This document shows positions 42,172 to 51,875 of a DNA stretch of 64,000 nt, piece by piece. Source of the DNA: an uncultured Actinomycetota bacterium (GTDB lineage: Bacteria; Actinomycetota; Acidimicrobiia; Spongiisociales; UBA5794). Position 1 is the stretch's first letter. Each line of letters starts with the position of its first letter. Made by a program: the position numbers and the translations under genes. Location: the NCBI GenBank assembly GCA_963808015.1, contig CAWEEG010000007.1, positions 71,544 through 135,543 of the forward strand, in the 5' to 3' direction. The notes under the pieces were generated by a model. It was given only the letters and a program-made list of their open reading frames with translations. It was not told where the DNA came from and ran no database searches.

Positions 42172-42207
42172 GAGACAAGAAGACTTGAGACACGAGACAT
42201 GAGACAC
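42172..42207 (+). repeat. GAGAC heptamer array, inner arm of right unit
   Basis: GAGACAA GAAGACT T (GAGACAC)(GAGACAT)(GAGACAC). The last three units span 42187-42207. Confidence 0.75.
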
Positions 42208-42234
42208 GCGGCAGGCCTCCTCTTCGTGATTCAG

Positions 42235-42328
42235 GCTCCCAGGCCGCCCCCTCCCGCCCTCGCTGCGCTCGGGCACCCTCCCCCACCTTCGGCGGTGGAC
42301 GGCAGGACACGCGCTCAACCCAAGTCTC
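42235..42328 (-). repeat. ~95-nt GC-rich inverted-repeat core, right copy
   Basis: Its reverse complement is GAGACTTGGGTTGAGCGCGTGTCCTGCCGTCCACCGCCGAAGGTGGGGGAGGGTGCCCGAGCGCAGCGAGGGCGGGAGGGGGCGGCCTGGGAGC. Confidence 0.85.
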
Positions 42329-42356
42329 ATGTCTCAAGTCTCTTGTCATGCTACTT
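42322..42356 (-). repeat. outer arm of right unit
   Basis: Plus strand (AAGTCTC)(ATGTCTC)(AAGTCTC) at 42322-42342, then TTGTCATGCTACTTC. The reverse complement GAAGTAGCATGACAAGAGACTTGAGACATGAGACTT mirrors the left outer arm GAAGTAGCAAGTAGCAAG...GAGAC. Confidence 0.75.
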
Positions 42357-42403
42357 CCTCCTGGGTACGTTCCCCGGTCGGCGGGGCCGGGTACGATCGT
42401 TCC

Positions 42404-43016
42404 ATGGATAAATCCGGATCAACCGGAGCCGGCGTCTACCTGGGCACACCCACGGAGACAGACCGTGAGGCGTTTGTTGCGTTTCGGCGGGCAAGCGCGG
42501 GGTCCCTGGCCCCGTGGGAGCCGCGAATCGGGGACGCCGATGAGCAATACGGGGACCAGAGCTTCGATCGCCTGCTTGATCGTCGCGAATCAGAGGCGGA
42601 CGCGCCCTTCCTCATCCACCGCACATCCGATGCACGAGACCGTCGGCTACGTAGGCCTCGGACAGATCTTCCGTGGGCCGTTCCGGAGCTGCTACATCGG
42701 CTACTGGATCGGAGATCCCTACTCGGCCAGGGGTACGGCACGTAGGGAGTGCGAGCGTGCCTGCAGACGGCATTTGCACCTGAACTCGGAAGGCGGGCTT
42801 GGACTCCACCGAGTTGAAGCCAACATCATTCCGACCAACCACGCCAGCATCGCGCTCGTCCGCCGCGTCGGCATGCGCAAGGAGGGGTACAGCCCGCGGT
42901 ATCTCGAGATCAACGGCGAGTGGCAAGACCATGAACGGTGGGCGATCACGATCGAGGACTGGGAAGCGGCAGCACCACACCACGTCGACAACGCCATGCG
43001 AACCGTGAGCGTCTGA
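42404..43016 (+). pseudogene. GNAT N-acetyltransferase (RimJ/RimL-like), frame breaks plus an in-frame TAG
   Basis: ATG 42404 (frame 2) to ~42625. Frame 3 ETVGYVGLGQIFRGPFRSCYIGYWIGDPYSA. Frame 2 QGYGT-TAG(42743-42745)-GVRACLQTAFAPELG. Frame 3 GLHRVEANIIPTNHASIALVRRVGMRKEGYSPRYLEINGEWQDHERWAI to 43016. Confidence 0.7.
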
Positions 43017-43036
43017 CCACTCGCTACCGTCACGAC

Positions 43037-43691
43037 ATGCCCGAGACCACCACCGAAGAACGCCGCAACGCCAGAGTGATCCTCAACCGCCTGAAGAAGC
43101 GGTATCCGGACATCTCGACGGCCCTCGAGTACGTGGATCCGTGGCACCTTCTCGTTGCGACCGTGCTCTCCGCGCAGACCACCGACGCAAACGTGAACCG
43201 TGTGACACCCGTCTTGTTCGAACGGTGGCCGACACCTGAGGATCTCGCGGCGGCCAATCCGGAAGAGGTCGAAGAGGTTGTGTATTCGACCGGGTACTAC
43301 CGGCAGAAGACGAAGTCGATCATCGCCCTGGCTGCAGACCTCGACGAGCGATACGACGGGGTGGTTCCGGCCGATCTCGAGGAACTCGTCACGTTGCGCG
43401 GCGTCGGACGCAAAGACCGCGAGCGTTGTGCTGGCGGAGGCATTCGGGATCCCGGCAATCGCCGTCGACACCCACGTGAAGCGAGTGTCGAATCGACTCG
43501 GCCTCAGTGCCTCATCGGACCCCGTCAAGATCGAGTTCGAACTCAGGGATCTCTACCCCGAGCGGGACTGGGAAGCGGTCTCTATGCGGTTCATCCAATT
43601 CGGGCGGGATGTGTGCGACGCCAAGAAACCCGCCTGTCTTGGCTGCCCACTCGCGGATCGCTGCCCGTATCCCGACAAAACCGTCGCATGA
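43037..43691 (+). CDS. nth: endonuclease III (Nth), one frame break near 43413
   Basis: ATG 43037. LVATVLSAQTTD, LVTLRGVGRK, then TASVVLAEAFGIPAIAVDTHV (an extra base in AAAGACCGCG). Fe-S cluster CDAKKPACLGCPLADRC. Confidence 0.88.
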
Positions 43692-45034
43692 TCCAAGCGT
43701 TCAGGCGGAGTCCGTACGATCGCGAGATCGTCAGGATCGGCCTGCCTGCCCTCGGCGCACTGGCGGCCGATCCGCTCGTCTCGCTCGTCGACACGGCGTT
43801 CATCGGCAGACTCGGTGCGGTCGCACTCGCCGCCGTTGCGATCGCTTCTGCGATCTACGTGGCGGTGTTCGCCGTGTTCAACTTCCTCGAGTACGCCGTG
43901 ACACCCTTGATCGCCCAATCCGTCGGGTCGGGGGATCGCGACGAGGCCGGACGAATCACCGTGGCGGCGCTCGCAATCTCCGTTGTGGGCGGTGTGATCG
44001 CCGCGGTTGCATTGATCGTGTTCAGCGAACCGCTCCTCCGAGCGTTCGGAGCGGGGACGGAGGTCCTCGAGAGTGCGACGACCTATCTCCGAATCAGAGC
44101 GCTCGGAGTCCCTGCCCTGCTCGTGATCCTTGCCGGTCATGGTGCGTTTCGCGGCTACCAAGACACGCGGACGCCGCTCATGGTCACCCTCGGTCTCAAT
44201 GCTGTGAACCTCGTGCTGGATCCGATCCTGATCTTCGGACTCGACTGGGGAGTTGCCGGCGCCGCGTGGGCCACCGTGGTGGCGCAGTGGTTCGGCGCGG
44301 CATGGTTCCTTGTCCTGTTCTTCTGGACGCGTCGCACCGAGTTGGCGATCGGGTTTGGGCGGCCGCAGCGCGGGGCGATCGGCTCACTTGCCGGCGCCGG
44401 CAAGGCGCTGATCCTCCGCAACGCCTCACTGCTCGCAGCGCTGACGGCGGCGACCTTCGTCGCTGCGAGGATCGGCACCGCGGCGGTAGCTGCCCACCAG
44501 GTCGCGATGCAGCTGTGGATCTTCTTGGCGCTGGTGATCGACGCGTTCGCGATCGCCGGGCAGGCCATCGTCGGGAAGGAACTTGGTGCCAACAACCCCG
44601 CGGTGGCCCGCGCCGTTTCGAACCGACTCCTCGCGTTGGGCGTCTCGTTCGGTGTCCTCCTTTCGCTCGTCCTGGCGCTCGTTTCGCCATGGCTGGGATC
44701 CTGGTTCACATCGGACGAAGCGGTGTTGGCGGCGTTCGCTTCGATCCTCCCGATCCTGATCATGATGCAGCCGATCAACGGAATCGTCTTCGTGTGGGAT
44801 GGGGTTGCCATCGGGGCCGCGGCGTTCTCGGTCCTGGCATGGAGCACACTTGCTGCTGCCGTCGCGGCGATCGGGTTCCTGTTCCTCGTGGTCCCTCTCG
44901 GAGGGGAGTTGGTCGGAGTGTGGACGGGAATCGTGGTCCTGATGCTCGTGCGGGCTATGACTCTGTGGTGGTGGTACGGCTTCCGGTTCGCCGTGCCCGA
45001 ACGAGATCCATCCCCTTCGTCTCCGGGAGCGTGA
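43688..45034 (+). CDS. MATE family efflux transporter (DinF-like)
   Basis: ATG 43688 (ATGA overlap with nth). About 448 aa, 12-TM-like. IGLPALGALAADPLVSLVDTAFIGRLG. Confidence 0.85.
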   Translation: MIQAFRRSPYDREIVRIGLPALGALAADPLVSLVDTAFIGRLGAVALAAVAIASAIYVAVFAVFNFLEYAVTPLIAQSVGSGDRDEAGRITVAALAISVVGGVIAAVALIVFSEPLLRAFGAGTEVLESATTYLRIRALGVPALLVILAGHGAFRGYQDTRTPLMVTLGLNAVNLVLDPILIFGLDWGVAGAAWATVVAQWFGAAWFLVLFFWTRRTELAIGFGRPQRGAIGSLAGAGKALILRNASLLAALTAATFVAARIGTAAVAAHQVAMQLWIFLALVIDAFAIAGQAIVGKELGANNPAVARAVSNRLLALGVSFGVLLSLVLALVSPWLGSWFTSDEAVLAAFASILPILIMMQPINGIVFVWDGVAIGAAAFSVLAWSTLAAAVAAIGFLFLVVPLGGELVGVWTGIVVLMLVRAMTLWWWYGFRFAVPERDPSPSSPGA

Positions 45035-46202
45035 GGATCAAGGCCATAGAGATCAGGAGGCCCGCTCCGAGGGAAGCGACCGTCTTCGGAAGGCCGATTC
45101 GGTCGATGAGCACGCCACCAACGAGGAACCCAGAGATGCTCCCGAGGATCGCAACGTTCGTGACCCACGCTGCGGAGGTCGCCCGCACACGAGTCGGGAA
45201 CAGCTCTGCACGCATCGCACCCAGGGCGGGTGTCAGCATGGTCGCGCCCATGGTCGCAACGAAGATCGACGCGGCCAGGAACCAGCCGGAATTGAGGAGG
45301 TAGAAGCCGACTCCTCCGACGAGCCCGAGTGCCAGAGCGATGAGCGCCGTCGGCTTGCGCCCCTTCCTGTCGGCCAAGCGGCCCCCGATGAGCAGGCCGA
45401 GGGCACCGAGGCCGCTCGCGGCGATGAGGAGGAAACGGGCAGCACTTGCTTCCCACGCCAGGTCGTTGATGAGGCGCTCGAGCACGAAATCGAACGCCGG
45501 GGCGGAGAAGGCAGAGACGAAGAACGAGACCCCGGCGATCGGCCAGAAGTGTTTGCCCAATCCGAGCCGGAGCGCCGAGATGAACGAGATCGGTTTACCC
45601 GGCCGGTATGCGCGGCTTTCCGGGAGGTACCGCATGAGCATCGGAATCGCGAGCAGGCCGAGCCCCGCGAGGGCGAAGAGGATCCGCCACGCCGAGTCGG
45701 CGCGTTCAGCGATTGGAAGCAGGAGAAGGCCGGTGCCTACCCCGAGCGATCCGGCGAGACCGTACAGCCCCATGCCGTAGCCGCGAATCTCCGGGCTCAG
45801 TTCCTCGGCGAGCAGAACCATGCCGATGGCAGCGATCGCCACCACGGAGACGCGAACCACCGACTGAGCGATCACATACGCGGCCGTGGCCGGCACGAAC
45901 GCGGTGAGGAGGCTCCCGAGCGACATCAACCCGAATGCGATGATGAGCGGATCCTTGCGTCCGTTCCGGTCGGCGACAATCGAGAAACCAACGGCGGTGA
46001 GCGACACGGCTCGCACGATGGCGAACACGACGCTCATGTTCCCCTCCGTCAAGCCAAGGGACAGCCTGGCATAGGGGAGGGTGTGCGCCATCTGAGCACC
46101 GCCGTACCCGGCAATGAACGCGACGATCCCAAGCAGAAAGACGATCCTGCGATCGGTTGCCGAGAACGGGATTGTTGGGTTGAGGAACCGGGGAAGCGAC
46201 AT
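44955..46202 (-). CDS. MFS transporter
   Basis: Internal ATG 46202 MSLPRFLNPT... Multi-TM. ADRNGRKDP and GRLADRKGRKP (MFS loop motifs). The 3' end overlaps the MATE gene by 80 nt, so a tail artefact is possible. Confidence 0.8.
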   Translation of the reverse strand: MSLPRFLNPTIPFSATDRRIVFLLGIVAFIAGYGGAQMAHTLPYARLSLGLTEGNMSVVFAIVRAVSLTAVGFSIVADRNGRKDPLIIAFGLMSLGSLLTAFVPATAAYVIAQSVVRVSVVAIAAIGMVLLAEELSPEIRGYGMGLYGLAGSLGVGTGLLLLPIAERADSAWRILFALAGLGLLAIPMLMRYLPESRAYRPGKPISFISALRLGLGKHFWPIAGVSFFVSAFSAPAFDFVLERLINDLAWEASAARFLLIAASGLGALGLLIGGRLADRKGRKPTALIALALGLVGGVGFYLLNSGWFLAASIFVATMGATMLTPALGAMRAELFPTRVRATSAAWVTNVAILGSISGFLVGGVLIDRIGLPKTVASLGAGLLISMALILTLPETKGMDLVRARRTGSRTTTTES

Positions 46203-46295
46203 GCAAACAGCCAAGAGGGGATTGGGACACCGGGAGCCTACCTCCCGGGTGGCCGAAGTCGGGTCGGGAACAAACAGCGGTCGGTTACCGTTCTC

Positions 46296-47072
46296 GTGGA
46301 CCGAGGCCATTGGGAGGGACCCCTGAGCGAAGTCAACCTCATCGCGGCGGTGCTGGCGGGCGCCGCCTCGTTCTTGTCGCCGTGTGTTCTGCCGCTTCTG
46401 CCGGGGTACATCTCGCTGATGTCGGGCTACTCGATGCAGGACCTCTCCGAAGGCAACGTGTCGATGCGTCGTGTTGTGGGAATGACCGGCCTGTTCGTCC
46501 TGGGTTTCACCCTGGTGTTCGTCGGTCTCGGCGCCACTGCCACGTCGATTTCGTCGTGGCTCGCAACACCGGTGTTCACCACCATCGCCGGTTGGGTGAT
46601 TGTCGCCATGGGTCTCTTTATTGCCGTCACCGCCGTGTGGACCCCGTCCTGGCTGCTTCCGATCATGCGGGAGCGGCGAGTCGACTCGAATGCGGCGAGG
46701 CGATTCGGCTACCTGGGGCCGCCATTGATGGGAGCCGCATTCGCGTTCGGTTGGACCCCGTGTATCGGGCCATTCCTCGCCTCGGCGCTGCTGTTGGGCT
46801 CGACATCCGACACAGTCGGGCAGGGCATGTTGGTGCTGTTCTTCTATTCGCTCGGGCTGGGAATACCGTTCCTGCTGACGTCGTTGCTCCTGGCCAAGGC
46901 GTTCTCGGCCTTCGGTTGGGTGAAGCGACACTTCACCGCCATCACTGTCTTTTCGGGACTCATGCTTGCGCTATTCGGTCTGCTGATGGTCACCGGGCGC
47001 ATCGCCAACCTGTCGGGGTACTTCTCGGATCTTCTCGGATGGCTCGGACTCGATCGCCTCACCGAATCCTGA
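46296..47072 (+). CDS. ccdA: cytochrome c biogenesis protein CcdA (DsbD-like thiol-disulfide transporter)
   Basis: GTG 46296 chosen. FLSPCVLPLLPGY and FGWTPCIGPFL. The upstream part of the 507-aa ORF is antisense to the MFS gene. Confidence 0.8.
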   Translation: MDRGHWEGPLSEVNLIAAVLAGAASFLSPCVLPLLPGYISLMSGYSMQDLSEGNVSMRRVVGMTGLFVLGFTLVFVGLGATATSISSWLATPVFTTIAGWVIVAMGLFIAVTAVWTPSWLLPIMRERRVDSNAARRFGYLGPPLMGAAFAFGWTPCIGPFLASALLLGSTSDTVGQGMLVLFFYSLGLGIPFLLTSLLLAKAFSAFGWVKRHFTAITVFSGLMLALFGLLMVTGRIANLSGYFSDLLGWLGLDRLTES

Positions 47073-47123
47073 CCCGACGAGTCGTGAGGTCGGTGACGCG
47101 GCGATCCGACCTAACGTAGCCCG

Positions 47124-48611
47124 ATGCAGATCTCGCTGACTAAGGACCGCTTCATCGATCTGGCGCGAAGGCACACCGTCGTGCCGATCGCCGTTGAAGT
47201 GCTCGGCGACCGTGAGACGCCGGTATCAGTGTTTGAGGCGCTCGTCGGCGACGGTGACGGTTTCCTGCTCGAGTCGGTGGAGGGGGGCGAGCGATGGGCT
47301 CGTTGGTCGTTCGTCGGCTGGGAGCCGACGTTCACGGTCGTCGCCCGTAATGGTCGGACCGAGGCCGTCGGCGCCGCGGTCGATCTGCCAGGCGGTGATC
47401 CTCTTTCCGTCCTCAGTTCGCTGCTCGAACAGTTCACGGCACCCGACGGCGAAACGTGCGGATTTCCCGGAGAGGTCCCACCCCTTCACGGAGGCCTCGT
47501 CGGCTACCTGGCGTACGACGCCGTCCGGTACGTCGAGGATCTTCCGGCAGCGCCTCCCGACGACCGTGGCCTGCCAGAGATGATCTGGCACGTCGGGGGT
47601 GCACTCGCCGCGATCGATCGTTTCCGAGACACCATTCTGATCATCCGCAATGTGATCGCCGGCGACGATCCGGCCGCCGCGTACGATGAAGCGCGAGCTG
47701 CAATCGAACGTGATGTGGCACGGCTGGCGCGTGCCCCCAAGCGCCCGCTCGCCGTCCGTCCGGTTTTCGACACGATCGCTCCTGCGGTCGCAAACACCAG
47801 CCGCGAGGAATACGAAGCTGCGGTTCGGCGATCGATCGAGTTCATCAACGCCGGCGACGCGTTCCAGATCGTTCCTTCGATCCGTTTCGAGCTCGAGTTC
47901 GACGGTGACGCGTTCGCGGTGTATCGCTCGCTTCGTCTGGTGAATCCGTCGCCGTTCATGTACTTCGTGCGACACAACACGATCTCGATCGCCGGCTCTT
48001 CCCCGGAACTGATGACGCGTGTCCGCGACGGTGTTGTATACAGTCGCCCGATCGCGGGCACCCGGCCTCGCGGTGCCGACCCCGCCGCGGACGCGGCGCT
48101 CGAAGCCGAACTGCTCGCCGACCCCAAAGAGCGAGCCGAACATGTGATGCTGGTCGACCTGGCAAGAAACGATTTAGGGCGGGTGAGCGAGTTCGGAACG
48201 GTCACCGTTGACGACCTGATGGTCATCGAGCGCTACTCACACGTCATGCACATCGTCTCCGGTGTATCGGGCGTGGTTCGGGCGGGGCTTGGACCGGTCG
48301 ACGTCTTGAGATCGACGTTCCCGCACGGCACGGTGACCGGGGCGCCGAAGATTCGCGCGATGGAGATCATCGACGAGCTCGAGCCCACGGCGCGCGGCCC
48401 CTACGCCGGCGCCGTCGGCTACCTCGATTTCTCGGGAAACCTGGATACGGCGATCGGGCTCCGCACCATGATCGCCGAGGGGAATCGGGCGTGGATTCAA
48501 GCCGGTGCAGGGATCGTCGCCGACAGCGACCCCACTGCGGAGTATCACGAGTGCGTCAACAAGGCCGCTGCCGTCCTCACCGCAATTGCGGCTGCCCCGC
48601 TCCTGCGATGA
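47124..48611 (+). CDS. trpE: anthranilate synthase component I
   Basis: Intact 495 aa. LLESVEGGERWARWSF, GGLVGYLAYD, chorismate-binding C-terminus GTVTGAPKIRAMEII, GAVGY. Confidence 0.92.
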   Translation: MQISLTKDRFIDLARRHTVVPIAVEVLGDRETPVSVFEALVGDGDGFLLESVEGGERWARWSFVGWEPTFTVVARNGRTEAVGAAVDLPGGDPLSVLSSLLEQFTAPDGETCGFPGEVPPLHGGLVGYLAYDAVRYVEDLPAAPPDDRGLPEMIWHVGGALAAIDRFRDTILIIRNVIAGDDPAAAYDEARAAIERDVARLARAPKRPLAVRPVFDTIAPAVANTSREEYEAAVRRSIEFINAGDAFQIVPSIRFELEFDGDAFAVYRSLRLVNPSPFMYFVRHNTISIAGSSPELMTRVRDGVVYSRPIAGTRPRGADPAADAALEAELLADPKERAEHVMLVDLARNDLGRVSEFGTVTVDDLMVIERYSHVMHIVSGVSGVVRAGLGPVDVLRSTFPHGTVTGAPKIRAMEIIDELEPTARGPYAGAVGYLDFSGNLDTAIGLRTMIAEGNRAWIQAGAGIVADSDPTAEYHECVNKAAAVLTAIAAAPLLR

Positions 48612-48690
48612 ATCAGCGTCATCTCACGGACTCCTTACGGTTCTCGAACAAGATCCTGCGAACCTCCTGGATACCACGGACGAGGTACTG

Positions 48691-49365
48691 ATGAACAACG
48701 GAGGCGTCGTGCTGCTCATCGAGGACGAGGACGAGATAGCCGAGCTGCTCCGCATGGCATTTGAACGTGAGGGATACCGACTCATCCATGCCGCAGACGG
48801 CGAGTCGGGTCTCGAGCGGATGCGCGATCGGGATCCACGTGCCGTCCTCCTCGACGTTGGGTTGCCGGGCATCGACGGGTTCGAAGTCTGCCGGAGGATT
48901 CGCGCCGTCTCGGATGTTCCGGTGATCATGCTGACGGCACACGACACCGAGATCGACACGATCGTGGGCCTGGAGATCGGCGCGGACGACTACGTCACGA
49001 AACCCTTCTCCGTCCGTGAGCTGGTGGCCCGAGTCAAGGCAGTTCTGCGTCGGAGCGAGGAAGCACCGGTCGAGCGGACCGTGCTCGAGGTGGGGGACTT
49101 CGTGATCGACGGGGGCAGGCGCGAGGTCACACCTGCGGGCGGGCCGGTCGTGCGGCCCACGGCTCGGGAGTTCGATCTCCTGTGGTATCTGGCCGACAAC
49201 ACCGGGCTGGTCCTTTCACGCGCCCAGATCCTCGAAGCCGTGTGGGGCTATGACTACTTCGGCGAAACCCGCACTGTCGACGTGCATGTTCGGCAGCTGC
49301 GCAAGAAGCTCGACGGCATCCCGATTGAGACGATTTGGGGCGTCGGATACCGCATGGATTCATGA
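48691..49365 (+). CDS. OmpR-family response regulator
   Basis: ATG 48691. Receiver domain (VLLIEDEDE, LLDVGLPGIDG, MLTA, KPF) and winged helix (REFDLLWYL, TVDVHVRQLRKKL, GVGYRM). Confidence 0.9.
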   Translation: MNNGGVVLLIEDEDEIAELLRMAFEREGYRLIHAADGESGLERMRDRDPRAVLLDVGLPGIDGFEVCRRIRAVSDVPVIMLTAHDTEIDTIVGLEIGADDYVTKPFSVRELVARVKAVLRRSEEAPVERTVLEVGDFVIDGGRREVTPAGGPVVRPTAREFDLLWYLADNTGLVLSRAQILEAVWGYDYFGETRTVDVHVRQLRKKLDGIPIETIWGVGYRMDS

Positions 49366-49378
49366 CGAGACGAGCCAC

Positions 49379-50766
49379 GTGACCCGCCGCATCGCCATCG
49401 GGACAATCGTTATCGCCGTCGTGATGCTGACCGTAGGGCTGATGGGAGTCGGCTATGTGAACCGCCTGCTCCACACACAGGCTCAGGACGAGCTGTTCCG
49501 GCAAGCCGAAGCCACGGGCAGACTCGTAGAAAACGCCCTCGCAGATGTTGGACGCAACCCGGGTGCCGGCTTCGAAGGCCAGTTGCGTGACGTCCGCAGC
49601 GAGGCCGCGCGTGTCCTGGAGCGTGCGCGGGTTGTTGGTGGCCACGATGTGGTGGAAGCAGTGTTGGTGACCCCCAACCGGTCGTATCCGCTGTCGCTCG
49701 GACAGGATCTTGTCCCGCTTCTCCCGCCCGACCTCAGAGAGCGTGAGGCGCTGAGCATCGACGTCGACGGAACCGAGCTTCTCGCCACCGTGCAGCGCTT
49801 CCCGCTCGGAGCGAGTGAAATCGTCGTCGCGATCGGGCGAACCGCGCCCTTGCTCCCGATACGGGGCATGAGTCGGGCTCTCCTACTCGTCGTCGTAGTC
49901 GGTGTCGTGATGATCGTCATCTTTGGAATTGGGCTGGCGCGCTGGATTCGTGGACGCCTCGCCGGTCTCGAAGCAGCCTCCAACCAGATTGCAGCAGGGG
50001 ACCTCTCGACCCGTGCGCCCGTTGACGGAGACGACGCGATAGCGACCGTCTCGGTTGCATTCAACGACATGGCAGCGAACTTGCAGGCAACGCACCTGCG
50101 GAGCGCGAATTCCTGATGAGCATCGGGCACGATCTCCGAACGCCGCTGACCACGATACGCGGGTATGCCGAAGCGTTGGACGAAGGAACGATCGGAAGCG
50201 AGGATGCCGAACGTGTGGCAGCGGTTCTCCACAAGCAAACCGATCGCCTGACGCGGCTCGTCGAAGATGTGATGCTCCTGGCGAGGCTCGAGGCCCGAGA
50301 ATTCACCCTCCGTCCAGAAGTCATCGACGTGCCGGCACATCTCAGCGGGGTCGTTGAAACCTACCGCGGCCGCGCCGACGAGATCGGAGTGACCCTCGTA
50401 TTCACCTCCTCCGGTTCGGTGATGGCGAACGTCGATCCTGATCGTCTCGATCAGGTCTGCAGCAACCTCATCGAGAATGCTCTGCGCTACACCCCCGAAC
50501 ATGGAACGGTGACGGTTGAGGCCGATGTCGAACAAGGGTCCGTCCGCCTCGTCGTAGGGGATACGGGTCCGGGTATCGAACCCGCCGACGCGGATCGTGT
50601 CTTCGACCGGCTGTATGTCGCACAGCGCTACCACCCGATTCGCCCCGAGGGCAGCGGCCTCGGTCTAACGATCGTCCGAGAACTCATCGACGCGATGGGA
50701 GGTACCGTCCGCGTGGAGAGCACCCCCGGCGAAGGCTCTCAGTTCATGGTCGAATTGACGGTGTAG
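49379..50766 (+). CDS. sensor histidine kinase, one frame break near 50100
   Basis: GTG 49379. Two TMs flank an extracytoplasmic domain. HAMP (AFNDMAANL). Then EREFLMSIGHDLRTPL (H-box), NLIENALRYT, GDTGPGI and GSGLGLTIV in the second frame. Confidence 0.85.
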
Positions 50767-50777
50767 ATCGCGGGCGA

Positions 50778-51095
50778 GTGCATACTTGCGCCATGCGAAT
50801 TCTCGCCGCCGCTGTGCTCGCCGTGTTTCTCGCCGCCGGCTGCGCCGGCCCAGCCAACGACGTGTTTGGCGCCGATCTCTATTCGTCGTCGTGCGCTCAC
50901 TGTCATGGGAGTGACCTCGCGGGCGGCATCGGTCCGGCACTCGGCCCGGGTTCGACCGCCGCAACCCTCACCGATCAGCAGATCATCGACGTAGTCCGCA
51001 TCGGACCCGGCGCCATGACGTCGTTCGGGGACCGGTTCACCGAAGCGCAACTCGACAGCCTGGTCGACTACTTGCGCTCAGAGCAAGGGTCGTAG
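50778..51095 (+). CDS. c-type cytochrome, probable lipoprotein
   Basis: CAHCH heme-binding motif. Signal MRILAAAVLAVFLAAGC with a lipobox (alternative start ATG 50793). Distal Met in GPGAMTSF. Confidence 0.8.
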   Translation: MHTCAMRILAAAVLAVFLAAGCAGPANDVFGADLYSSSCAHCHGSDLAGGIGPALGPGSTAATLTDQQIIDVVRIGPGAMTSFGDRFTEAQLDSLVDYLRSEQGS

Positions 51096-51101
51096 CCTTT
51101 C

Positions 51102-51875
51102 GTGATGCTCGACCAAATCCTCTCCGACGCCCGGGTCCGTAGCGACAGAGCGTGCGCCGAATCCGCCGCGTTGATCGAAGCTGCGGAGCGATCGACGCCC
51201 GCGAGAGGCTTTGCCGCCGACCTCGCCCGGCCGGGCCTCTCCGTCATTGCCGAGGTCAAGCGGCGGTCGCCATCGCGGGGAGTGCTTGCCGCCGGTCTCG
51301 ATGCAGTCGCACAAGCGCGTATCTACGAGGATGCCGGCGCAGCAGCGGTCAGCGTGCTCACCGAGCCGTTCCACTTTGATGGTTCCCTCGATGACCTCGT
51401 CGCGGTGAAGGGCGCCGTCGATATCCCGGCGCTGCGCAAGGACTTCCTCCTGGACCCCGCACAAGTGTTCGAGGCGAGAGCGGCGGGAGCCGATGCGGCG
51501 CTGCTGATCGTCGCAGCCCTCGGTGCGGATGTCCTCGGGCGCATGATTGCGGCTGCTGCTGCGGCGGGCATCGATGCGCTGGTCGAGGTCCACGATCGGG
51601 ACGAGGCGGTGATCGCTCGCGCAGCAGGCGCAACGCTGATCGGCGTCAACAATCGAGATCTCGAGACGTTCTCCACCGATCTTGGTGTTGCCGAGGCGCT
51701 CGCCTCGACGGTGCAGGGGGAGGGGATCGTCACGGTGGCCGAGAGCGGGATCCACACACCAGACGATGCAAAGCGCATGAGCGACGCAGGCTACGACGCG
51801 ATCCTCGTTGGGGAGGCTCTGGTTGTTGCCGAAGACCCGGCGCTGGAGCTGTCGAGGCTGGTCGGCCGATCATGA
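51102..51875 (+). CDS. trpC: indole-3-glycerol phosphate synthase
   Basis: Intact 257 aa. SVIAEVKRRSPS, RKDFLLDP, VEVHD, IGVNNRDL. Confidence 0.92.
   Translation: MMLDQILSDARVRSDRACAESAALIEAAERSTPARGFAADLARPGLSVIAEVKRRSPSRGVLAAGLDAVAQARIYEDAGAAAVSVLTEPFHFDGSLDDLVAVKGAVDIPALRKDFLLDPAQVFEARAAGADAALLIVAALGADVLGRMIAAAAAAGIDALVEVHDRDEAVIARAAGATLIGVNNRDLETFSTDLGVAEALASTVQGEGIVTVAESGIHTPDDAKRMSDAGYDAILVGEALVVAEDPALELSRLVGRS

Larger units (their letters stand above)
40731..42356 (-). mobile_element. candidate composite element: DUF222-HNH gene bracketed by inverted ~95-nt cores and heptamer arrays
   Basis: See the component features. It lies between xpt and a decayed GNAT gene. No target-site duplication recognised, and mobility is not demonstrated. 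Confidence 0.35.

Noticed and set aside
44955-45034. 80-nt convergent overlap of the MATE and MFS genes as a regulatory antisense arrangement.
   Set aside because: Both C-terminal tails in the overlap are non-conserved. With the observed indel rate, one of the stops may be displaced.
43507-45456. 598-aa plus-strand and 433-aa minus-strand ORFs overlapping the MATE gene.
   Set aside because: The MATE frame has coherent TM-helix periodicity and family motifs. The alternatives are Arg-rich low-complexity translations.
47073-47123. trp leader peptide or attenuator upstream of trpE.
   Set aside because: The spacer is only 51 nt, with no tandem TGG codons and no U-tract. Only a weak GGTCGG-N12-CCGACC hairpin is present.
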